Shown here piece after piece: positions 38,511-50,090 of a DNA stretch of 64,000 nucleotides. Where the stretch lies: positions 78,982-142,981 of the forward strand of contig NMRA01000489.1 in assembly GCA_002633005.1 (NCBI GenBank). Reading direction: 5' to 3'. Positions within the stretch are counted from its first letter, which is position 1, and every line of letters starts with the position of its first letter. The translations under genes and the position numbers were made by a program. Under the pieces are notes generated by a model. The model had not been told where the DNA came from and made no database searches. It saw only the letters and a program-made list of their open reading frames with translations. Origin of the DNA: Phoronis australis (Eukaryota; Animalia; Phoronida).

Positions 38511-41500
38511 TTGAAATGAAGACAATATGGCTATAGAAAGAGAAACGTCACTATAGTTTCTACATTCGAAGATGATAGAGCGAGACACCTGGATCTAGGT
38601 AATACAGCAAGGGGCACATGCCCCCCCCAGACTGTAACATCCTTACGATGAAATGGAACGGGGAAATCACGGCAAATCCTGTAGAAAAGGGTAAAAATAT
38701 TCAGTAACATTTGCCTCGTGCCTGAGTATGTCATAAAGCGGTGCAGTAAGTTTGCAACGCTAAGACCAAGTTTTCACGAGCTTTATGCGAACCCATGAAG
38801 CAAATTTCATTCACTCATTGTACGGCTAGTCGTGACATTCTAGTAAACAACAGGTACACGCAGGTACACCGCGGGAGACCGAAATTGCACCTTTTATAGT
38901 CGGAGGGTGGCTAATTTTAAGGGTCCGAAGCAATATCAGTGTTCAGAACCATTAAGCCTAAATACAAGGGCGAGAGCTTCCATCTTCTGTGACCAGTTAC
39001 GCTCCATGACTACGAGGACCACAATGCAACCAGTCCACCCCACTGGAGGAGATTTTTAACATCGTATTTACTGTAGCCTAGCACTCCTCGGGTGATAATT
39101 CCTCCAAATACTAGCGCGTGTCTAGATACGGAAAAACAGTCTCCATATGTGTAATTATAATCTACTATCATAACGCTAGCGCTCGACGCAATGTTGTCAT
39201 ATTATGCACGAAATAGGCGTAAGCAAAAATAAGTGGTAAAATAATCCCATGTTTTTTCTTATTTCCTAGCTAACACGAGGAGCATCGAAATATATCAGCA
39301 GGGAAACTGAAACTTTTTGTCTTCAGTTTAAAGCTAAAATTCGAGTTACTCAAATTCCAGTAAAAACGGCGGCTTACACCCGTCATGACGAATGTTTTCG
39401 TAGTAGAAAATCTGGGTGACTTCAGTGTGAAAGCAATTATTTTTATATCACCTTTAGTAAAAGATAAAAATCCTTTATCACGGAGAGACATTTCCCGTGT
39501 CGATTACCACCGTTCAACCAAGACTCGAGGGGACCCGCACATGAGTAGGCGAGCGTCGCTAAACACCAAGCAAACTTTGACGCTCTCCCGTTTTTCACAG
39601 AAATAAAAACACCCTCTCTAGATTTCCTGTGGTGAAGTTTTTTACATTCTTCATGTTGTATTTGTCAACACTCCCCTTGTCGTGTCAACGAGATTCTAGC
39701 TACTACTTTTAGATCACAGCAATCGACTCTCCCATTCTACGCTGCCCCAAAGAGGACATGCCTGTGTCTTATTTAATCTCGAGATCCTGAGAGATCTTAA
39801 AAAGAAACACGCCATATCATCTTGGGGCCGCCGTACTATCCTGTATTCGGGACCTCCCAAGAGAGTAATATTACCGAAACAGCGCTCAACGTAGCTTTAA
39901 ATTAAGCCCCGTTTACTCCCGAGTCTATATTTACACCCACCTGCTCTATGTAATGTTGCCATATAAACTCAAACACACCCAAGTGTAAAGCTACACACGG
40001 TGTATAATTACACTACCTCCAGAAGTCGTGTAAATACACACCTGACGCATGTGAATGCGATATAATTTACACACGAGTCGAAAAACAAGATTACTCCGCC
40101 AAAAGTGCTGTTACCAAATTTATGTGATCTCATCTCCCTTAAAACGTCCAAAAGAACCTTTGTTGTCATGTGTGGTTTGGGAAGGTCCTTCACTGAAATG
40201 CTGCACCTGATGGTGCAGACGATAATGATTATGCTGGGTGAAACTTTCACTGACAGCTTTTTATGTCACGCTTTCACTACATATGCAGCATCTTTAACAG
40301 GACTATGCATAGCTTTAACTTCATCAAGACAAATCAGCTTTTCTGTTCACTTTGCAAAAGTTTGTTGTACACTTTGAACGCTCAATTTCCAAAAGCTAGC
40401 ACGTCATGAACGCGACCCGGCCCAACCATCTTGAGTTTACATCACTAATGATATAATCAGTACCAGTAATCACCACCATAGATAATAATCGAATAACCAT
40501 GTTGCTGAAATAAAAACTGCGATCAGTATTTCGTACGCAATCGTTGATATGCGACTTCCATCGATACCAGTACAAAACTGCCACAATACCAGTACAAAAC
40601 TGCTACAGTTGGAAAATGTCAAATTTATCCTTCCAAGTGATGGCCTTGTAGAAATTTTGAGCAGTTATCAGCTTTATCGTACATAGGTGATAATACGGCC
40701 GTGAAATAACCGTGTCATCACACCGTGAAATACGTCAGAACTAAATTTCTGTAGTTTCTCTACAGAAGATAACCGTTATCATCTCTAGAGAAAATAACCA
40801 TGGCAATGTCGTAAGANATACTCGCCGATGGAAAGTGGTGGCGACAATTGGTGAAAAATAGCACAAAACAAAAGTAGAATAGAACAGATTCGCACAGTAA
40901 GCTCAACGCAAAACCAAGTGGCGGGAAGCGCTTTCCTCCTAAAACGTCACTTCCGGAAAAGCGGACGAGTAATTAATAAAATTACGAAAAGCTGTAATTA
41001 AGTGAAAAATATGTCTAGGATAACCAATCAACCTTATTTTAGCTCAAAATGACATGGAAAAAGGTTGCCTTCGCCTTTAAACTCATCTTCTTATACAGTA
41101 CCAATCACTGCTCGAATTCTGTACAGGTGTTAGTGCCACCCAATAATTGAAATCCCCTTGCTATCATGGAAATCCCCTTACAAATGAATCAAATATACAG
41201 CACAAATCATAAACATATCGGTCAAATAACAGTTTTTAATTGCAAGAAACGTGATGAAAATTAAGGTGAAAACAGTGTTCTTAAAGTACGCAAACACGGA
41301 ACCTAAACGATACAGCGACCTCATTTGGCCAACTAGTCATGAATAAGTGGTTTCTACGGTAAACATATTACTATTGAAAACACGGAATTCATAACCTCCG
41401 GGTCCCTACCGTGTGGTATTTAATCAATATAAGCAAGTAAAATCGCCAATAGTTATAACAAGCTTTGCATTACGATATTCTTTTATAAATTCAATGAAAT

Positions 41501-42448
41501 TTTACCAAGTAATCTTCTTTAACACAGCGCCTAGTTCTGAACATCTGCTCAACCTACTAATGATCCGGTAGTACAAGTAAAAGAAGGCTATTTTTCTGTT
41601 TATTCGATATTTCATGTTAAATTTTCCTTACGTTGATCAGTTTATAATTGCTGCTATTTTACACGGAATAAACACACACTTTATGAGTTCAGATTTCCGC
41701 AACGACATATTAACAGACGTTACCGCTTAGCCCTCTAAAGTTTTGTGTAAATTGGCGTCTTAAAAATAGATCACGTGATATGTATGATAAGTATGTGATA
41801 CAGCGCACGTGATGATAACTGTGGCTTGCATATCACGTATCGAGATATAATAACCCACAGTAATCATCACGTACGTTATATAACATGCACGCACGCACAG
41901 ACGCACGCACGCACGCACACACACAAAACTGTGTTAATTTCACGTATACGTGAGAACAAGAAAACGCTTTCGAGATTCCGCCAGGTTACCAACAATCTTA
42001 CGACTTGGTTCCAACGCTGGATTGTTTTTTCTTTCGTAACACGTTGGAAAAAAACGAGAATAGTATCTGCCATTTGACAATTTTCAAACTATCGTTCGTT
42101 TTTGAAATTTTCATTATGAAAAGTGTTTTGTCACCAGTCCATCGATCTTTCCTAATGAATCCATACTTGACATTTTCGACTGAGAAAGCTCCAAAAGCAA
42201 TCCATACCCGAGCCTCAGAGCTACCCAGATTCATGACAAATGTTCTTGAAGAATATTCTTTTTACAATAAAAAACTGCTTGTGTCGACTTGGCTGCAAAA
42301 TATATAGAGTACTGAGCGCAAATGGTGTTTTTCTTTTCCACATACGAATGCTACATAAATTTACATTTACATCCGGGCGTTGATTTTCGTATTTCATAGT
42401 GTATTTATACGTACGGATGTAAAAATGCTGCATATAAACGGGCCTTAA

Positions 42449-42700
42449 AGATGCTAGGTCTCATTAAACCGTGAATATTTAAATTTGTAGTAAGCGCCAC
42501 CTTGTGACTACCTGGAGAACTGTGTACATGTTCAATCAGGAAAAGAAACAATTTGTAAATAAATTGCGCCACAATTGATTCACTTAAAACAAGTGTAAAT
42601 GTATAAAAAACGAAATAATTCCAAATATTATGCAATCGTTATTTGATAGTGAAATAAACAAATAAAAAACCGTGCCTTGTTTCATTAGGGTAACGATGAC
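42449..42700 (+). mobile_element. Single terminal arm of the 29660-30512 element family
   Basis: TTAA|agatgctaggtctcattaaaccgtgaatatttaaatttgtagtaagcgccacc...aaacaatttgtaaataaattgcg...gcaatcgttatttgatagtgaaata aligns with 29660-29890. Confidence 0.8.
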
Positions 42701-43491
42701 ATATTACCATACTCATTTACATAAAAATAGTCTCGCGAAACGAGACATTCGCGATATTGTAATGCTAACTGTTTTCGGATGGTTTCCAGCACACTGGAAG
42801 ACCCGGGGTTGTTTGTAAACTAATACTTAATTTGCATATTCACAATTTAATGAGAGACAGCATTTTTAAAAAGATGCGTGGAGCATCTTTGAACTTGTAC
42901 CTTAACTTTCGCGAAGTTGTAGGACTCAATGTCAAATTTGGCAAACTTCGGAACGTTATTTGTCAGAAATGGCTGATCAGATTTATATAGAGTTGTTACA
43001 TACTATGCTCTATACTGTTGGATATTCTTTTTAAGACCCACTTTAACACGAGGTGTTATCATTAAAAAATTCAAAGTTGCACAAAACGAATATTAACCGG
43101 AGTTTTGTCAGTGTTCAACGCTTGGGTTAGCGCCAACTCGCCAAATGCAACATAGCGAAAATCCTAGGACGTCAAAAGAAAACCGAGGTCGCCAAGGTCG
43201 GAAGTCGGCGACCATAAAAAAACGTCGCGCCGCTTTCACCCTCATTAAAAATTACGCATGCGCTATACGGACCATAATGCAAATAAGCCTTTGACTTGTT
43301 ATGTTATGTCTTGCACTCGTACTTTTATTTTTCTTGTGTTGTGTTTTTATGTTTTTTATTTCTCTGTGATTCTAATAAATTTATTATAATTATATTATTA
43401 TAAAATGGCTGTTCCAATTCTCCCATAAATATACCAAAATATCCTGGAATCTATGGCATCGTACAGATAATTACGATTTTAAGGTACATAC

Positions 43492-43799
43492 CCAGCTTTA
43501 CATGAACGTATCGCATCAGTGGCCTCGTCATTTGTCAGGTGGAGGCGAACCGTGTGAGGCACTTCGGATTTTCGCAGCTTCTAATTCCTACTTTTTCATC
43601 GTCGTTTTAAAAATTCTAACATCATGAACGTACGATTCTCTGCTGAAAAGCATCGCCTGTTGTCCTTGGCGAACCGTTTCCGGATAGTCCAAAATCACTC
43701 ATCGATTCCAACGGGAATGTCGTTCAGGGACAGCGCAGTTGGCTCCGACATCTTATTTGTTCGTCGCGGGTGACACGTGACGTTTCGCAAGAGGGTATA
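43492..43799 (-). mobile_element. ISL2EU-like transposon end with decayed first exon of a SWIM/YqaJ-type accessory gene
   Basis: ATG at 43751. Frameshifted translation includes FSRESYVHDVRIF and LRKSEVPHTVRLHLTNDEATDAIRSCKAG, then a gtatgt donor at 43491. This resembles the YVHDV...RK.E.PH.V...CSCKAG start of SWIM-YqaJ proteins (recognised by eye). Confidence 0.6.
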
Positions 43800-45060
43800 G
43801 CTTACGATAGGTCAATTTGAGCACTTGTTTTATACGTGCTGACAGTACTGATTTCGCGACGACATAACAAGTTTGAACCAAAGGTATTGAATGTAAGAAA
43901 AATGTTATCAATTGAAGGTTTGAAAGTCATTACAAATTTTGAAACGAATTCATTGTAACTTGCTGTAGTGCGTCACGAATTCTGATTATTCCTAGGTTCA
44001 AACACAATCTTTTAAAGTCGCATTGGTGACCTGCAGGTCACCAAATCGAGCATTGCAGCTGTAACTGCAGTGTTTTTTGAGATTTCATTTTGAACATTAA
44101 AATCAAATGAAATTTGGTCATGTACAATTGATACCGTTGTTTTGCTATGAGTGGACACCCTACTTCCTAAATTTTACTAAAATACATTATCACGAGACGT
44201 TACAGAATGGTATAAGGATAGAAATCCAATTCTGTAGACTGTCTACTTTCAGGAAATGTTTACTTTGCAGAGCTAATTTCTGTGCATAATCTTAAAGTTA
44301 ACGCATCCAAATATTCACTCCAAAGTAGTGTCGAAGCTGATCCATTTGGCCATAGACGAAGTTGAATACTTAACTTATAAAATATTGAGGAATCGGTGTA
44401 TTTAATAACGCAAAACGTGTTTAACAGTCGGTGACAATTATGGCGGCTAAAAAAGACATCGGATGGTCTATTTTTATTCAGTTCCATTGTAGTTGCGGTT
44501 CTATCTATAGCATCCAACGGGCAGAATAATGGTCGTCTATTTATAAATAGAAGAAATAACTACACAAGTTAACCATGCAAGTAATAGATTGTCTCCTCTA
44601 TTTCTCGGAAATTCGGATAATTGCCATTTGATGGATGAGGATATATTTTTATCATTTCCACGATTGGCATATCATCAAAACGCGGAGTGTTTATTCGGAG
44701 GGTCGTAACGTCAACTGCAAGCGACATCAAGCAGTTAGGTTTGTGAAGTACATGTACACCGGAAGTCTCAGTTTTCGATATCTAATGAAAAGAACAGTGT
44801 AAAGAAAATCCCGCTGACTACAAAGGAGTCTCTTACTCTCGCGTTTTACTAACGCTTCCCTCATAAATATTCCATTTTCCGACCTGTTGTCATATAAATT
44901 TTAGTGAAGTTCACCTTATGTTTTATTTCTACAAAAATGATGGTCTACTATTTTCGGTTACAGTATTAAGGCTTTGGATTCTCAATGCTTATAGCGTCCC
45001 CTACTACACACCACTACCGGAAATCCTTTATTTTACATTAATGCATTCTTTCACGAGCTG

Positions 45061-45603
45061 CATCAAAGGTGGAAATCAACAATTGGTCGGACTTCAAAAC
45101 CGCGTGCACGGACTTCAAAACCAGTCGGCTGGGCTACAAAACCAAAAGGACGGTGATCAAACGTGTTGTCCGGACTTCAAAACACGATGGCCTTACCCGG
45201 ACCCAAAAAACTAGTTGAATGGACCCAAAGCATGATGGCCGGTGCTAGTTGGCCGGTCATCAGACACGACGGCCTGGACTTCCTCAGAGACTCGCCTCTT
45301 TAAATGTCTCGAAAAAATCAATTGGCATCTTGTTTTTATTTTCTGCACCCGTTTGTTTGTTCGTTTTGTTCAAAATCGGCGTTTTGTTCGGCCATTGTGT
45401 TTGAGCACCGACCACTCCGTTTTAGGTTCTACCAACCAGGTGTTTTGAGTGCGACAACCTGGTTTTGAGGTATTGGCCACCGTGTTTTGAGGTTCGACCA
45501 CCAAGTTATAACACCGGCCACTGGGTTTTGCAGTCCGGTCAGCTGGTTTTGAAGTTCAGGCAAGTGGTTTTGAAGTCCGACCAACTGTTGATTCCATCTT
45601 GTG
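45061..45603. mobile_element. Foldback/MITE with ~190-bp TIRs built of ~21-bp subrepeats
   Basis: Left ggtggaaatcaacaattggtcggacttcaaaacc... versus right reverse complement gatggaatcaacagttggtcggacttcaaaacc...; recurring ggacttcaaaac unit. Confidence 0.85.
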
Positions 45604-45829
45604 TATGTCTTTCCAAAGCTAAGCACGATGAATGTTTTGAGTCATCCACTTGAGAAAATAATATGAAAAAATAAACCAATTACTGGACTTACAAATCACA
45701 AAATAGTTGTTTTTTTCACATGGCACAGGTGTGATTACTTTCTCATGAAGCACAGAGATTTTTAAGAAGCGCTTTCTTCTCTTACGAGTGCTAGAAGTGC
45801 TCTCTCACAGGAAGGAGACATGAAGGATA

Positions 45830-45902
45830 CCAACTTCAATGTAACGCTGCTGAGGCTGCGCCGCGCATGCGTGGCATTTGTTTGCATTAGTTTGTTCCGG
45901 TG
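45830..45902 (+). repeat. ~70-bp dispersed repeat, inverted copy at 55542-55611
   Basis: cgctgctgaggctgcgccgcgcatgcgtggcatttgtttgcattagtttgttccggt versus accggaacaaacgaatgcaaacaaattccacgcatgcgtggagcaacctcagcagcg. Confidence 0.8.
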
Positions 45903-46964
45903 TTAGTTAATCCCATGGAATTAACTGTCATTAAAACTGTTCGCAACTCCACCATTTTTCAACCACATTGCACAGGAGTCATAACATAAGCAACACCTTC
46001 ATCAGTTTTTGATGTTGTGCTATTATTGCAGATGCAAATGACAAATAATTTAATTTATAAATTATCATCATTTCGCATATTAAAATGCGAAAATTGATAA
46101 ACTCGATGTAACAGTAACGTGAATAAGGAAATGAGCCAAAGAGGTTATATAAATGACTAATTAAACCAGCAAGGAAATAATTTCAATGATTCAAAAGATT
46201 TCTACCTTAGACGAAGGTTTTAGAATACGAGCCCCTCACAGTTGCTGTGGAGAATTTAGTCAGGCATTCACTCAAAATTATATCTGTTCTTATATTAATT
46301 GAGCCTTTGGTTACGTTTCATATAGTTCTTAAGTTAAAATTCAGAATGCAGTGACATTTACAAAAATGTGATAAGCTAATGACTGCAACTACTTATCTAA
46401 AATTTACAGCTAAAAGCTTTCTGATAGATAAAAACGAGCAAACAACTACTTGATAGGTTTGAAATGTACTCTGATGATAAATCACTACATAGGTTGCAGC
46501 GTAGGACTTTCCATAGTAGTTTGTAAACAAACTCATTTTTCTAGAAAGTAAAAATTAGTGATCCTGATACGTGCAGTGTGCCCTACCAAAAACGAGACAC
46601 TGCAACGCATTTTTACGACTGCTATATTACTCTACTCTGGAAAATAATAATGTTCTTTAAGAGGCAAATGGACACCTGTCCATAGTTGCCAACATTCGAG
46701 AATTGAAAAAACGGGACAACTTACGGATAAAAATCAAAACATCAGGGTCTATGCCAAAACACAAGGGCGAAATGTTTGGCGCAACACATAAAAAGTAGAA
46801 TGAGCAATTGCATGGGCTGCAAAAACCCACGGAACGTGCCGTTTTTATTTTTTGCCGAACGGGAAAATAGTGCTATGTCGCGTGGGAAATAACAGCAGTT
46901 TATACCACAATATTAGCGTCGAATGACAAATGTAACCGTGTAATAACCCATTTAATTATCTCAT

Positions 46965-47030
46965 TTTGGCGGGAAACCGGGCCCCAAGAGTTTCGAGTCG
47001 CCGACTTTACCACTACACCACTGACGTCAT
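46965..47030 (-). mobile_element. Possible degenerate tRNA-derived SINE head
   Basis: Minus strand agtggtgtagtggtaaagt (A-box-like) followed by a poor B-box (cccggtttcccgcc); no cloverleaf. Confidence 0.3.
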
Positions 47031-47884
47031 AGAGAGTGAAACTAGAATACTTAAAAGAGCACGCGCAACAATCGCATGTACAGCAAAGGGCATTGTACCC
47101 AATGAGATAAATTTAACTCATTGATTGTACCGACATTTATACGCTATGAAAAACAAGACGCATAATTTCCATAAAAATGATAATTAAATCCAGTGAAATT
47201 TTTCTCTCGACGTGTTCTCTCACTTTTAAATCACCGATCTCCAATTTGAATGCGGGTATCGTGTCGTCGGGATCCTTTGACTTGAGTGTTATACTCTGTT
47301 ATTAGGGGTAACCTACTTTAGCAGACGATATTTTCCCGGTCGAAGCTTAGCGTGATAAAACGTGTAGTAAGCTATAACAGTTGCTAAACCTTAATTTTTA
47401 TATTCATTTTATTTCTATTTTGTTTAAGTTTTCAATTGGTTTTGAGTAAAAGCATTATTTGACAAAAATAGCTCGGCTTTTCTTGAAAGATCACGACCTC
47501 CGACCCCGGCCTCTGACATAAAAGTAGTTACAAAGGCGAATCGAGAAAGGTGGATCGATTAATTGCAATGTTTCTCGTTCAGTATGTGGTATAAATATAT
47601 TATTACATGTTCTCAGTCGTTATCCCCCGTTATCTAGAGCCCGAGTGGATTTTGGAGAATTATCGCCGGTAATAATCTATATATATGATAATACATGTAT
47701 GTAAGGGTCGCCATGTGTCGAGTAGCTGGATATTTTGATGCCGCCGCGTCCGACGTCAAGAAAACGCCCATCTCGCAATAAGCGACTTGGGTCGATTCGC
47801 AGCTCTCCATTTCGAATTTGAGGTCGCCAAAATTTTAGTGCCGCGGACTGTCAATAGGTGTCGCTTGCGTCGCGGCCGATTGCG

Positions 47885-49310
47885 CTCGCTGGTTCCCTGC
47901 GTGCCGCTAGGTGGTAGCCAGCAGGTAACACTTAATTTTTTACACCGGCGTTTCTGATTGGTGGTCGAATTCTTAACAGACAGCGCTTTCCACAAACAAA
48001 GTGGCATGACTGATGGAGGAAGTGTAAAATGTGGTCTTGACAAACCTTCGTTTCCAGATCGCCATTTTACCCAACAAACAACTCGTTGCAGGGTAAAATG
48101 AATTGTTTGTTTGTCGACATTTCGCAAGGGGGCGGAGCTTAGTTTAGCATCGCAATCGGCTCGCTGTTTCCCTGCGTGCCGCTAGGTGGTAGCCAGCACG
48201 CAGGCATCACTTAATGTTCCTCGGGAAAAAAATACACCGGCTTTTCTGATTGGCTGGTCGAATTCTCAACAGGTAGCGCTTTACGCAAACAAACTTTCTT
48301 GACTGATGGAGGAAGAGTAAATGTGGTCTGTTGTACAGACAAATCGGTGTTTAAAATTCTTGTTCAAGAAATGTGAATCCAAAAAATTGTGGTTGCACCT
48401 TTTCGGAGTGCATCTTTCTGCTGTCGCTGAGTTTTGTTTACGTTGCTGTCGTGTATTCATACAGTATGAATAACACACTAGTTAAATCGGTCAGATGACG
48501 GAGTGTTTATATTGTACATTTATGTGCTTCAAATACGCGGCTATTACCGTAGAAACGAAATAGTTGCTGGTACCCCACACTACAAAGCTAAAAATCGTTC
48601 ATAGTACACCATTTTCTCACTTTGTTGTAAAGCTAAGCAATGACTGCTGAGATTACAGAAACCAATGATAAAACGCGTGCTACTGCCTCAGTGCTATACC
48701 TGCCTCGCTGGTTCCCTACGTGCCTAGTCAGCACGCAGGTATCACTCCACGCAGAGGCACGTGCTTTAGTATTAGTTGATGTAACCTCGGCAGTCACTGG
48801 TTAGCTTTACAACAACGTGAATAAATGGTGGACCATGAACGATTTTTAGCCTTGTCATGCAAGTGGTGCAGCAGCAACTATATCGTTTCTGCAATTAATG
48901 CTTAGTAGCCGCGTGCTTGAAGCACACACATGTACAATAAACACATATCTGGCCGATGTAACCGGTGTGTTATTCATACTGTATGAATACAGGACAATAC
49001 CATAAACAAAAGTCATCGACAGTAGAAAGATGCACTCCGTGAAGGCGCAACTACAAGTTCTGGGATTCACATTTCCAAAATAAAAATTTTAAGCACCGAT
49101 TTGTCTGTACAACAGACCACATTTACACTTCCTCCATCATTAAGTGATACCTGCTTGCTGGCTACCACCTAGCGGCTCGCAGGGAACCAGTGAGCCGATT
49201 GCGATGCTAGTGCAAGCTCCGTACCCTTGCGAAATGTCGACAAACAAACAATAAATTTTACCCGGCAACGAGTTGTTTGTCGGGTAAAGTGGCGACTTGG
49301 AAATGAAGGT
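47885..49310. repeat. Large imperfect palindrome (foldback), arms ~48044-48690 and ~48740-49310, plus a direct duplication 47885-48035 / 48160-48330
   Basis: Arms align by eye along their length (e.g. gtattcatacagtatgaataacacac / gtgtgttattcatactgtatgaatac; tttgtttgtcgacatttcgcaaggg / cccttgcgaaatgtcgacaaacaaa). The right arm lacks ~90 bp. Confidence 0.92.
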
Positions 49311-49356
49311 GTGTGAAGAATGCTGCGTTGTGATTGTTTAGTTAAGCTGTCACTCA

Positions 49357-49397
49357 AACTCCTGGCGATAGGTCAAATGGACCTATCGCCAGGAGTT
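49357..49397. repeat. Perfect 18-bp inverted repeat with 5-nt loop
   Basis: aactcctggcgataggtc-aaatg-gacctatcgccaggagtt. Confidence 0.95.
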
Positions 49398-49745
49398 ACG
49401 ATAGGTCAATACCGCGCGGCGGTGGCCGAACTGGGGTAGGTCACAACCAAAAAAACGGCAAAGAAACGCGACTGTTGCAGTGAGAAATCATGATTTTTTT
49501 AATGGAGTGTTAGTTATTCATTGCCTTTTTGTGACATTAGAAAGTAAGCATGCGTATCATGAAGCGCTATTTTCCGTCACAGTTCTCTTACACGCAGCGC
49601 TCCGCTTTGTTTATGCCGTTTTAATCGGCTGCTCATGACTACGCCAGTCATGATCTAGGTGTGTCAAGCTATCATTACTTATCTGCTATCGGCAAAGCCA
49701 GATTTCCACGCTGTTGCCATAGCCGTTCCACGCTCCTAATAGCAG

Positions 49746-50090
49746 CCTCCCGTTCAGTAACGCTAGGACTTCGCTAAAAGGCAATACTTCGCGAGATTAC
49801 GTGAGATATTGCCGTGTATTTTCAATGAGAACACGAGATTCTGGCTACATTTTAGCTAGGTGCTAACCTAGGTCCTAGCGCTACTGAACGCACGCCAGGT
49901 CTATTGTACTTTACTTCTTGTACAATGACTGACACCGGGCGTGCGTTCAGTAGACGCTAGGACCTGCGCTAGGACCTAGCTAAAACCTAGTCGAAGTCAC
50001 GTGTTCTCATTTAAAATACACGGCAATATCTCACGTAATCTCGCGAAGTCTTGCTTTTTAGCAAGGTCCTAGCTTTACTGAACGGGGAGC
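49746..50090. mobile_element. Nearly fully palindromic MITE (Harbinger-like CCCGTTCAGTA termini)
   Basis: cccgttcagtaacgctaggac...cttcgcgagattacgtgagatattgccgtgtatttt is the inverse of aaaatacacggcaatatctcacgtaatctcgcgaag...gtcctagctttactgaacggg; loop near 49910-49925. Confidence 0.88.

Noticed and set aside
44918-45653. ORFs with repeated GLQN motifs
   Set aside because: Products of the 21-bp subrepeats of a foldback element, appearing on both strands symmetrically.
46965-47030. tRNA gene
   Set aside because: A-box-like sequence only; no proper B-box/T-loop or acceptor stem.
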